This document shows positions 1-8,154 of a DNA stretch of 64,000 bases, piece after piece. A program made the position numbers and the translations under genes. The DNA is taken from positions 7,122 to 71,121 of IMG/VR virus record IMGVR_UViG_3300033153_004457; one strand, written 5' to 3'. Source of the stretch: a virus. How positions within the stretch are numbered: position 1 is the stretch's first letter; the number at the start of each line of letters is the position of its first letter. The notes beneath the pieces are model-generated. The model saw nothing but the letters and a program-made list of their open reading frames with translations, did no database searches and was not told the origin of the DNA.

Positions 1-220
1 CTTGGCCTCGTAGCATCGTCAGTTCCTGTGCCTTCTTGCCAAGTTCGGTATTGATTTTCTCTTGCAACATAATCATTTCCGAAACGTATAGACGCTCTTT
101 GTCTGCCATGTCCTTCCGCTCCATAAGGAGGGTTCCGAGGGCGTTGCCCTCGAAAATGGCAGGGTTCTTATCGAACTGTAGGAGAAGGGCAGCGACTTGC
201 TTATTCGTAAGGGATTTCAA
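1..220 (-). CDS. Hypothetical protein, partial (runs off window start)
   Basis: Read manually: TTG at 220 after GAGG SD, open to base 1 (MKSLTNKQVAALLLQFDKNP...); not in ORF track. Confidence 0.55.
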   Translation of the reverse strand, partial: MKSLTNKQVAALLLQFDKNPAIFEGNALGTLLMERKDMADKERLYVSEMIMLQEKINTELGKKAQELTMLRGQ

Positions 221-392
221 GTTATCGCCTCAATGGAATGATGTCAATGAAAATGCAACGGGGAGAACCGCATTAAAGCCGCTCTCCCCATCTGCCATTG
301 TCGGCTGTATCATCGCTCCACCCGGTTGCTTTCTGTTCCGAAGAACTTACTCACTCGTTGCTTGTGCTCCACAGCTTCCAGCGACGAAGGAC

Positions 393-421
393 AGATTACC
401 AAGTCTGAGAAAACAAGTCAA
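393..421 (-). promoter_or_regulatory. Sigma70-like promoter
   Basis: TTGACT-17 bp-TAATCT with TG extended -10, directly after the late-operon terminator. Confidence 0.55.
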
Positions 422-424
422 ATA

Positions 425-457
425 AAAAAGAGAGGGCGTGCCGTGTGCCCTCTCTTT
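425..457 (-). terminator. Rho-independent terminator closing the late operon
   Basis: AAAGAGAGGGC...GCCCTCTCTTT stem with a T-run on the minus strand, just after the last lysis gene. Confidence 0.75.
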
Positions 458-493
458 CCTTGCTTACCTAATGTTCGATTCTTTTGGAGCCTT

Positions 494-946
494 TCAGCCT
501 GGTAATTTCAAGGGTTCTTTCTTTGGTCTGAACACCGCCTTCCAATGCTCGAAGAGCGCGACCGCTCCCACGTTGGATGCCATAAGGCCGGCACCTATCG
601 CGGTGAGAATGTCCACGCCTCCTACGATTGATAAAAGGATTCCACCGATGAGTCCCAGGGTAATCAGGATGGCACGTTTAATGACCGCAGAGCGTTCACC
701 GAACCATCCATTACACCAGGGCATTTTCAATACACCGATGACGAGGTTGATACCAACGACGAACAGGACAGCCACGCCACCGGTTCTCCATTGGAAAATG
801 ATCCACTTGGCATGCTCGAACAGGTCGTTCAAGTCCGGCTGCTTTGGCATCACCGGCCTCTCGGCACCGTATCCGAATGTGCTGAACACAAGGAACAACA
901 CGGATGTGCCGAGAAGTGCAAGAAGGGGAATAAACAGTCTCTTCAT
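494..946 (-). CDS. Multi-pass membrane protein, putative holin
   Basis: Several hydrophobic segments, basic C-terminus, adjacent to endolysin. Confidence 0.5.
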   Translation of the reverse strand: MKRLFIPLLALLGTSVLFLVFSTFGYGAERPVMPKQPDLNDLFEHAKWIIFQWRTGGVAVLFVVGINLVIGVLKMPWCNGWFGERSAVIKRAILITLGLIGGILLSIVGGVDILTAIGAGLMASNVGAVALFEHWKAVFRPKKEPLKLPG

Positions 947-954
947 AGAACCTC

Positions 955-1380
955 CTATAGTTTGGGTTTGTATTTCCAGAACGTAAAAACGTCATGTCCT
1001 ACATCACCGTGTATCATTTTCCTTGTCGTGCGTCCATCGCCAACACCGTTAAAGAGGTGACAAAACCAATACAGCTCTTGATCATGGCCGATGAGCGGTA
1101 TGTCGAAACCCTCTCCTGTGAGGTGCGTGGAATTCTCTTTCCCGCCTTCATCTGCATTGTGTCGTCCGCAACGGAACGCACTGATCGGTGAGTACCCGTG
1201 CTGTCGTAGAGCGCGTAGTAATTCGAGCCGCGTTACGCCGTGCATATCAATGACTGTGCGGTCGCAACTGGAATAACTACACTTACAGTCCAGTTCGTAT
1301 GACCAGAAGTGTTCTGTAAGTTGGATGCGTGCGCCCTTTGGTACAACGATCCTGGTGTTTGGCATGTAGAGTGCTGTCAT
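955..1380 (-). CDS. Peptidase M15 (D-Ala-D-Ala carboxypeptidase-like) endolysin
   Basis: LTEHFWSYELDCKC, SAFRCGRHN, STHLTGEGFD and IHGD motifs. Confidence 0.85.
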   Translation of the reverse strand: MTALYMPNTRIVVPKGARIQLTEHFWSYELDCKCSYSSCDRTVIDMHGVTRLELLRALRQHGYSPISAFRCGRHNADEGGKENSTHLTGEGFDIPLIGHDQELYWFCHLFNGVGDGRTTRKMIHGDVGHDVFTFWKYKPKL

Positions 1381-1820
1381 GTGCCGTCCTCTTCTTCGAT
1401 GTCTTGGACTTTCGTTGTGAGCGCGTCGAACTTCTTCTCGAACTTGTCGAGGCGTGAGTGTGCGGCTGCAGCTTGGTCGCCGATCTTCTGTACTTGCAAA
1501 CTGATCGACTTGTCCATGTCATTGAGCTGTTTCAACAGAGCATCATCTTTGTCCTTCAGTTTTTCTTGCAGCGTTTCGTACTTGTCCAAGAGCGCCGCCA
1601 TTCCCTTGTCGTAGCTCTCTTTCATTTTGTCCTGCGTGCTAAGAAAGCGACGAACCGAAAGCCAGAACCAAGGAATGAAAATGATGTTCGCAATCACGGC
1701 TACAACGGTGACTGTGACCATGTACGGTTTCACATCACCGCTCGCGGCCCTGGCTGCTACTGTGGCTGCGAATGTTGACCCGCCTACGATGAGGGCCACC
1801 ATTCCAATAAAATAACGCAT
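1377..1820 (-). CDS. Membrane-anchored coiled-coil protein (lysis cassette)
   Basis: N-terminal hydrophobic stretch, second TM, coiled coil; ATGA overlap with endolysin. Confidence 0.55.
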   Translation of the reverse strand: MRYFIGMVALIVGGSTFAATVAARAASGDVKPYMVTVTVVAVIANIIFIPWFWLSVRRFLSTQDKMKESYDKGMAALLDKYETLQEKLKDKDDALLKQLNDMDKSISLQVQKIGDQAAAAHSRLDKFEKKFDALTTKVQDIEEEDGT

Positions 1821-1838
1821 ACCCGTTTCCTCGTTAGA

Positions 1839-2432
1839 TTAGGGCGCTGTCGGCCAGGTGTATTCGTCGAGGACTAATTCGTCGATTGCGGTTGCGTGTT
1901 CTTCGTCTTCTGCGTGGTCTTTGAAACCTTCGGTTACGTCACGCAGGGCCACCACGTAGTCCTTGACATCGCCTGTATCAACCCGCACCGTGATGGTAAG
2001 GTCATTAACCATCACATCGCTGTCGGCGAATTTGGCGGCTCTGAGAGCGCGTAGCTGATCCAATTTGGCATCGCGTGCGGCGGTCAATTTGGCGGCGGTC
2101 TCGTCCGTGTCCTCGATCACAACCCACTCTTCGATGTGCGCGTAGGTCTCGTCTTCGGGGTCCACGTAAACGGTGTCCTCACCTTCCTTTTCCCATCGTT
2201 CGCTTTTGGTTTGTAGGCCGTTCACTTCGTGATCCAGTTCGCCTGGAATCTCCAAGTGTAGGCAATGGGGCTGCACTGACATGTGACCGAAGTGTTTGCT
2301 CTGCTGGCCCTCGGAAAGCCCGTAGTACGGGGTCTGTGCGCGGTCTGCGTGAACAGATGTGTCGTAGACACTTTCCGCTCTCAGGGGGCCAAGTTCCGAT
2401 TCACTTACTACTGGAAAGATTCCTACGTTCAT
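1839..2432 (-). CDS. Tail fibre assembly chaperone-like protein
   Basis: C-terminal LRALRAAKFADSD...YVVALRDV...WPTAP pattern; follows fibre genes. Confidence 0.55.
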   Translation of the reverse strand: MNVGIFPVVSESELGPLRAESVYDTSVHADRAQTPYYGLSEGQQSKHFGHMSVQPHCLHLEIPGELDHEVNGLQTKSERWEKEGEDTVYVDPEDETYAHIEEWVVIEDTDETAAKLTAARDAKLDQLRALRAAKFADSDVMVNDLTITVRVDTGDVKDYVVALRDVTEGFKDHAEDEEHATAIDELVLDEYTWPTAP

Positions 2433-2469
2433 GTGCTATTCCTCCTATCGCTTGAAAGCGTTCGTGTGT

Positions 2470-3540
2470 TTAAAGCTCTGCGTCTGCTTCGTAAATGCCT
2501 CTTACTTGTAATGACTCCCCAACAGATGGAGCCCAACCAGATATTCCACTCACATAGAAAGCTGCCCCGTCTACCGTTTTGGTTGCGAAACTCGGAGCAT
2601 ATTCAGCAGTTACATTTCCCTTCGTCCACTCCCAAACAGCAGTGAAATCGTCTACTCGCTTGTAGCCAATCATGCCCGGTGCGACTCTCATAGTCGTGGG
2701 GAATTCGAGACTCCCCCAATCAGCAACATTTGCCCCGGTAACAATGACAGAGCCACGGTATAGATTATTGATTTTGACGAAATACCGCTGACACAAAGCA
2801 AGCTCTTGTCCATACGGACGTGGTACGAACGGGGTCGCTGTGTTGCCCGGTTCGAGCTTGACACCCGTGATACGGAATATTGCGGTTGCGCTGTCTGTCC
2901 AATCCACATTGTTCGGTGAACCTACTTGTGCGTTGAGCGGCTCCGTAACCCATTCATCCATCGGCTGTGCGGTTTGTTTATTGGAGCCTACAGCCAGAAC
3001 TATTCCAATAGCAATTCCTATTCCGGTCCATTCGTCCCATACAATTAGCGAATCTGCAAACGGTATAACGATCTCTTTCTTCTCCCACACGTTTGCCTGA
3101 TTGATCGTCATTTCGTGGTAGAATTGTGTGGCCCACGTAGCACCTTTCAAGAACACCGTGTAGATACCGACCTTGGAAGACTTGACCCAGAAGGACAACA
3201 CGCCTGTCTTGTCGTGTAATACTTTCGAGTCATACCCTTCTATGTTGTAGCTGAGGAACACTCTGGAATCGGCACCCGCTGAACCGATCTCTTTGTTTTC
3301 TATTTGTGCCGAACTAGAAAACCCGTCTGGTGCGTCTCCCGAACGAGCGACAATTGGCCTTGTTGAAAATCCGTTGTCCTTCTGATACCAACGAAAACGA
3401 TCTACGGGGTGATGATACTCGGCATCATTCAACGTGAACGAACTGCCCCGTTGTGCAATCCGCATGTCACCGTTGATGATGACGTTGCGGTCCCAATACA
3501 GGGCCTCACGCGGGTCGTGTAGGTTTGCTTGTGCGTCCAT
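2470..3540 (-). CDS. Receptor-binding/fibre head protein, paralog 3
   Basis: RNVIINGDMRIAQRG...ITGVKLEPG...ELALCQRYF...ADAEL signature of carbohydrate-binding-like fibre domains. Confidence 0.75.
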   Translation of the reverse strand: MDAQANLHDPREALYWDRNVIINGDMRIAQRGSSFTLNDAEYHHPVDRFRWYQKDNGFSTRPIVARSGDAPDGFSSSAQIENKEIGSAGADSRVFLSYNIEGYDSKVLHDKTGVLSFWVKSSKVGIYTVFLKGATWATQFYHEMTINQANVWEKKEIVIPFADSLIVWDEWTGIGIAIGIVLAVGSNKQTAQPMDEWVTEPLNAQVGSPNNVDWTDSATAIFRITGVKLEPGNTATPFVPRPYGQELALCQRYFVKINNLYRGSVIVTGANVADWGSLEFPTTMRVAPGMIGYKRVDDFTAVWEWTKGNVTAEYAPSFATKTVDGAAFYVSGISGWAPSVGESLQVRGIYEADAEL

Positions 3541-3556
3541 ATTTTATTTCCTTCTC

Positions 3557-4603
3557 TTAGAAGTCTGCGTCGGCTTCCCAATTGAAACCAATTCTTCCTT
3601 CTCCCGAAGAAGAAGCTCTCCGCATTTGGAACACGACATTATTCAAATTGTAGACGACCCAACTCGCTTCGTTGGAACCCCATCCACCATGGGTTACATT
3701 GTGAACAAGGTCATCCCCGCGTGTCACCGCCCAGAATTCAAAACCCGGTGTCGTTCTCATTGGTATGGGAAAAACGAAACTGTTGGCTATCCTGGCCGGT
3801 AGCGCATCCGAATGGTACACCATCCAAAATCCGCTGGTACTCTTGGCCATTATTTGTAAGTACCGTTGACACAGTGCAAGCTCACTTTGGATGTCCAGGC
3901 CAGCCCTGCGGAACGGTGCTTCTGTGCGGTCTCCTAACAGGAGTTGTGCGCCGCCGAATAGGAATTCGTTGTCAACATGGTCCATGAAGTTGACTTGGTT
4001 TGCTGTCGACCACTTGCTCGTTTCTGGTATCCACTGGCCGGGTGATCCTGTTTGAAAGGCACTTCCGGCCATGAAAGCAATCATGACTTGTACCCCTGTG
4101 CCAGTAGTAACATCCCATACACCATCGGCGTCAAATGTCACCACGAAGTTCTTCCGCACCCACTGATTCAACTCGGACGCTTCGATTACCATTTCAGTCA
4201 CGTATGACCGACTAGATGCGTTCCTAAATGTTACGCCATACGTCCCTTCTTTGTTCGTCTTGACCAGCAAGGAAAGCGTGACTTTCTGGTTTTTCAGATT
4301 CGCAAAATCGTACCCTTCTACCGCTTGATAAAGGGTTTGGAAATCCGACGACCCAACCGAGGCATCTATCACCGTGCAATCAAGTTTCATTGAGTACACG
4401 GAATTGAAACCGCTCAAGCTGAACGGTGGTACGTCAGTCGAACGGGTCCATGTTCGGCTGAATCCCCCTCCGTGTGACTGTTTCCAACGGTCTGCAACGT
4501 AGCCGTTCACCGGCAAACCGCTCGTTCCACGTTGCCAGAAATCCATCATGCCGTTTATGATCCAGTTGCGTTCATGTCGATCAATTCTCGGTGTCAAGCT
4601 CAT
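3557..4603 (-). CDS. Receptor-binding/fibre head protein, paralog 2
   Basis: RNWIINGMMDFWQRG...ELALCQRYL...ADADF. Confidence 0.75.
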   Translation of the reverse strand: MSLTPRIDRHERNWIINGMMDFWQRGTSGLPVNGYVADRWKQSHGGGFSRTWTRSTDVPPFSLSGFNSVYSMKLDCTVIDASVGSSDFQTLYQAVEGYDFANLKNQKVTLSLLVKTNKEGTYGVTFRNASSRSYVTEMVIEASELNQWVRKNFVVTFDADGVWDVTTGTGVQVMIAFMAGSAFQTGSPGQWIPETSKWSTANQVNFMDHVDNEFLFGGAQLLLGDRTEAPFRRAGLDIQSELALCQRYLQIMAKSTSGFWMVYHSDALPARIANSFVFPIPMRTTPGFEFWAVTRGDDLVHNVTHGGWGSNEASWVVYNLNNVVFQMRRASSSGEGRIGFNWEADADF

Positions 4604-5052
4604 ATCAAGCCTCTCCTACCAGATAGATACTTCTTCGTGTTCTGGAAGTTCTTCGACGGTGACATACGTGTACGGTATTGTAGCACTTCCAGTGATAAAT
4701 GAGCCGGTCAGCGAATCAACGTAAAATGTTAAATCCGTTGTCGTCATCTTGTGTATGATACACGCTGAGTGTACTCCGCCGCCAGCGGTCGCGGTATCGG
4801 CATGTCTAATATCGGCTCGTGATATCTCTTCAGAACCGTCCTTAAATTGTAATATAACGTAGTTGTCCCCCGGCTGACACTCGTGTAGGAATTGGCCGTA
4901 AATTCTGTATGTCTTCCCTACTTCCAGCGTGTACGAAAGTTCCGGGATAACTACCGCGTCTGTAGTGTGGTTAGCTGTCAGTTGCTTCTTCTGCCAGCGT
5001 GTCGGTTTTCTAACGAGAGGTAACATGTTGCTCTCCTATGGTGTCAAGCTCA
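4590..5052. repeat. 13-bp direct repeat GGTGTCAAGCTCA (4590-4602 and 5040-5052)
   Basis: Seen directly; 450 bp apart, flanks the 4616-5026 gene. Confidence 0.7.
4616..5026 (-). CDS. Small beta-rich fibre-tip-like protein
   Basis: ORF with SD in fibre cluster; LEVGKTYRI...VTVEEL beta-sandwich-like pattern. Confidence 0.55.
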   Translation of the reverse strand: MLPLVRKPTRWQKKQLTANHTTDAVVIPELSYTLEVGKTYRIYGQFLHECQPGDNYVILQFKDGSEEISRADIRHADTATAGGGVHSACIIHKMTTTDLTFYVDSLTGSFITGSATIPYTYVTVEELPEHEEVSIW

Positions 5053-6349
5053 GGCCCGGTATGTAAATTGGAATCTTGAGTATTCGGCTATAATGATCGC
5101 CCGAATCTGCATTTGAGCCAGACCAGGAACCGTTGTGAACTGTTACTCTGAGATTTCTTTCGACCCCATCTCCGACAAAGAACCACGTCTTGTTAAACGC
5201 CATCTTAACCGGATAAGAGCCATGTGGCTGGTTATCTATTTCAGCCTTAAAGAATCTACCATCTGTTGGGTGATCGTCAACGGTGCTATCTCTCAAATAA
5301 AAGAGAGCGTGAATAAAAGCACCATTCCCTAGTCCAAACATGGTTGTAGATACGGTCCACACATACGCATATCCCACTTCAGGGGTAAATTGATAACGTA
5401 CAAAGTCAGCCGAACCTACACCTACTCCACCGCCCGGTGTAAGTGCTGGCGTTCCTATGCTACTCGTGTTGATTTCTTCTGCCCGCAGTGCATTGAACAG
5501 TCCGTGGTTGATACGGTTCTTCGCCACCTGATCGCCGAACTGCTTCAGGTTCAGGTCGTTCGGAACGCCGTCAAAGTAGCTCGTATCAAGGTCTGAGATT
5601 GCGGCAAGCACGGGAACCATTTGGTCGATCTGTCCTTGCAATACTTCCTGTCGGCTTTCCCATCCGGTTGCCGGTCGCTCTATAATGAGGCCGTTGGAAA
5701 AGACAGCCCACGGTGTATCCTGTGTCGGTGCCTCGTTCATTCGTAACAATGCACCCCATCCATCACCCGCTTCGATCTCCTGGTAGTTCCCGCCACTCGC
5801 GCCGTTCCCAGGATTGCGAAATACTAAAGAGGGTTTCGCGCCGTACATCAAACGCACCTCACCGACTTGCTCTGTAGAGTATCGGTTGATGCGAAACGGT
5901 TTTCCTACGTTGATGTCAGTCTCACCGGCAAGGAGTACACCCGTTGCTACGAGCGCCTGACCGTCGATGGCTTGTACGCCACTTCGTTGAACCGGTTCGA
6001 CCGTTCCAAGAAACACTTCGTCTTGTGCTGCGGTGAAGTCTCGGAACTCGATGCGAGTGTTCGAGGTGATACGGTACGCAAGGTAACGCATCAACTCACC
6101 ACGAAGAGAGCTTACCACTTTCAGGTTCGCCGGGTTCGCCCTGAGAGCCGCGCTTGACAGGACCGCGCCGCTTGGGTTCACGAAGTCGCCGAAGTCCGTT
6201 GGCCTCGTTAGGTTCATCAGGTCGATACCTGTTTCGCCTGCGTTCGCTTGATGTGCGAACTCGACTTTCGATTGCATGAGGCCCGGTGCCTTCTGTGTGC
6301 TCAAGTCCTTCTTTACGAGGGACGTTGGGTTCTTTGTCGTTGCGCTCAT
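5036..6349 (-). CDS. Putative tail fibre/adaptor protein
   Basis: 437 aa ORF with SD in fibre cluster; short coiled-coil segment then beta-rich C-terminus. Confidence 0.55.
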   Translation of the reverse strand: MSATTKNPTSLVKKDLSTQKAPGLMQSKVEFAHQANAGETGIDLMNLTRPTDFGDFVNPSGAVLSSAALRANPANLKVVSSLRGELMRYLAYRITSNTRIEFRDFTAAQDEVFLGTVEPVQRSGVQAIDGQALVATGVLLAGETDINVGKPFRINRYSTEQVGEVRLMYGAKPSLVFRNPGNGASGGNYQEIEAGDGWGALLRMNEAPTQDTPWAVFSNGLIIERPATGWESRQEVLQGQIDQMVPVLAAISDLDTSYFDGVPNDLNLKQFGDQVAKNRINHGLFNALRAEEINTSSIGTPALTPGGGVGVGSADFVRYQFTPEVGYAYVWTVSTTMFGLGNGAFIHALFYLRDSTVDDHPTDGRFFKAEIDNQPHGSYPVKMAFNKTWFFVGDGVERNLRVTVHNGSWSGSNADSGDHYSRILKIPIYIPGLSLTP

Positions 6350-6360
6350 AGTCGCTCCTG

Positions 6361-7182
6361 TTATGCGGAAAGCCGCTTCGCCCAGATAGTTCTTGCTGTA
6401 TCACTCGCGTAGATATTGAAAGTTCCTTGCCCACCTGTCAAGTGGGTCATAGCCATATTGAGATAATAATTTGTCGGTACTGCAAGAATTTGTTTCCTCT
6501 GTGATGTGCATGTTCCGGCGCTGTCAGATGAACACGGATTCGTATTACTCGAAGACCTGTGTAAGAGAGTTCTCGCGAATCCGTCAGCACTACATCCAGG
6601 ATCATTAGACCCGCCAGGTCCGCCGTTAACAGTCCCTAGAGTCATTATTGATCTCATGAATGTCACATCTGCCGGACTATCATATCTGTTCATCTGGGCT
6701 GTCGCCTCGTAGCCCACTATCCAATCACCTGCTGGAATAAGAAGCAGGTGATTATTTCCATTATAGAAGAATCCCAACGACGGATTCGGTTTATAACTTA
6801 GGTCATCTCGATAACTTTCGATATAGACCTGTTCTCTATCGTCTTGGAACACGATCATGATATCTGTTCCGCTTGCGGCAGAATAGAACCCACTGTCCAA
6901 CTTACGCCACACTGTGAACCCCGCAGGACCGCTCGCACTCAAGCTCGCCACGAGGCCCACGTTCCCGCCTTGCTTGACGAAATAAACGTAGTAGCGTTGA
7001 CCACCAACCGAGTACGAACCGTTGTCGATTCCACCGAATCCGCTCACCGCTGTTTGGCACAGCACAGTGGACACGTCGAATTGCTGACCGCCAATGATTG
7101 GAAAAGACGGTCCAATAGAAACCTCCCCCGGCTGTGATAGCACTAGGGGTGCAATGCTTTCAGGTATGAGAACTTGTCCCAT
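6361..7182 (-). CDS. Putative tail fibre-associated protein
   Basis: GGIDNG...YYVYFV...GFTVWRK motif typical of fibre modules. Confidence 0.55.
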   Translation of the reverse strand: MGQVLIPESIAPLVLSQPGEVSIGPSFPIIGGQQFDVSTVLCQTAVSGFGGIDNGSYSVGGQRYYVYFVKQGGNVGLVASLSASGPAGFTVWRKLDSGFYSAASGTDIMIVFQDDREQVYIESYRDDLSYKPNPSLGFFYNGNNHLLLIPAGDWIVGYEATAQMNRYDSPADVTFMRSIMTLGTVNGGPGGSNDPGCSADGFARTLLHRSSSNTNPCSSDSAGTCTSQRKQILAVPTNYYLNMAMTHLTGGQGTFNIYASDTARTIWAKRLSA

Positions 7183-7197
7183 GTGTGTTCTCCTTGT

Positions 7198-8145
7198 TTA
7201 CAATTCTGCGTCTAATGAAAAATGATAACCGGCCACGTCTTCAACCCACACGGCTCTTCCGACGTTCAAAGGCTGCTCTCCGGCAGGAACGATCCACATC
7301 CTACAAGACCTTGTACCCGATTCTGCAATCCCTGCGGAAGTAGAATTTACCCAAGAACCCCATAATTCGACATGTGTCTGCCCGCTGATATGGGCCGTCG
7401 GGGGTATTCTCATTTCTGGATAGCGCAAGGTACCGAAAAACGAATATCCCAGATACATATAACCTGATACGATCATCTCTCCACGGTTTGCGATGCGGTT
7501 GTAATACCGTTTACATAACAAGGCTTCGTCTGCTGTCAACCTTGGTATAAAGGGGGATGGCACCGTTCCAATTTCCACTTTGACACCTGTAAATTCGATG
7601 TAGTCGCCAATGGTAACGGGTGCCAATCCACCTGTTTCAGATGATATCCAAAGGTGGACTTGAACCTGTGTTGCCACTGCACTTAGCGTTACGGGGAGTA
7701 CAAGCCGTTGCCAGCTTTCGTCGCCGGGATGCGTGGTGTCTTTTGGATGTGACGACACGCCATCGCTCAACATCAATCTTGCATACGGTGTGTTTGATTT
7801 GACATATGCTGACACAACAACGGGAAGACCGGCCAACAGATCGTAGTCTTCAATCATCTGTGATGCCCCATTAACAGCATCAAAGGCATCGTCTATCAGT
7901 GCTATCTTTATCGACTTACTACCGGACAGTTGCGGCGGTTGCGCGACAGAGACCTGCTGAATAGAACCATCTTCGCCTATCTCTTTCGTTTTCCATCTAT
8001 CGAGTGAATAAGCACCTTCATTGGCACCCAAAGCACTATCAGTGACAGGACTTGTGTAGTCACCACGCTGTGCGATTCGCATGTCACCGTTGATAATCCA
8101 GTTGTTCCGGTCCCTACCAAGAACCGCCAATAAGTTTCTATCCAT
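7198..8145 (-). CDS. Receptor-binding/fibre head protein, paralog 1
   Basis: NNWIINGDMRIAQRG...FTGVKVEIG...EALLCKRYY...LDAEL. Confidence 0.75.
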   Translation of the reverse strand: MDRNLLAVLGRDRNNWIINGDMRIAQRGDYTSPVTDSALGANEGAYSLDRWKTKEIGEDGSIQQVSVAQPPQLSGSKSIKIALIDDAFDAVNGASQMIEDYDLLAGLPVVVSAYVKSNTPYARLMLSDGVSSHPKDTTHPGDESWQRLVLPVTLSAVATQVQVHLWISSETGGLAPVTIGDYIEFTGVKVEIGTVPSPFIPRLTADEALLCKRYYNRIANRGEMIVSGYMYLGYSFFGTLRYPEMRIPPTAHISGQTHVELWGSWVNSTSAGIAESGTRSCRMWIVPAGEQPLNVGRAVWVEDVAGYHFSLDAEL

Positions 8146-8154
8146 GTCTTGCTC

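Noticed and set aside
2470-8145. Diversity-generating retroelement or invertible shufflon acting on fibre genes
   Set aside because: No reverse transcriptase or invertase seen, no TR/VR pair differing at adenines, all genes co-oriented
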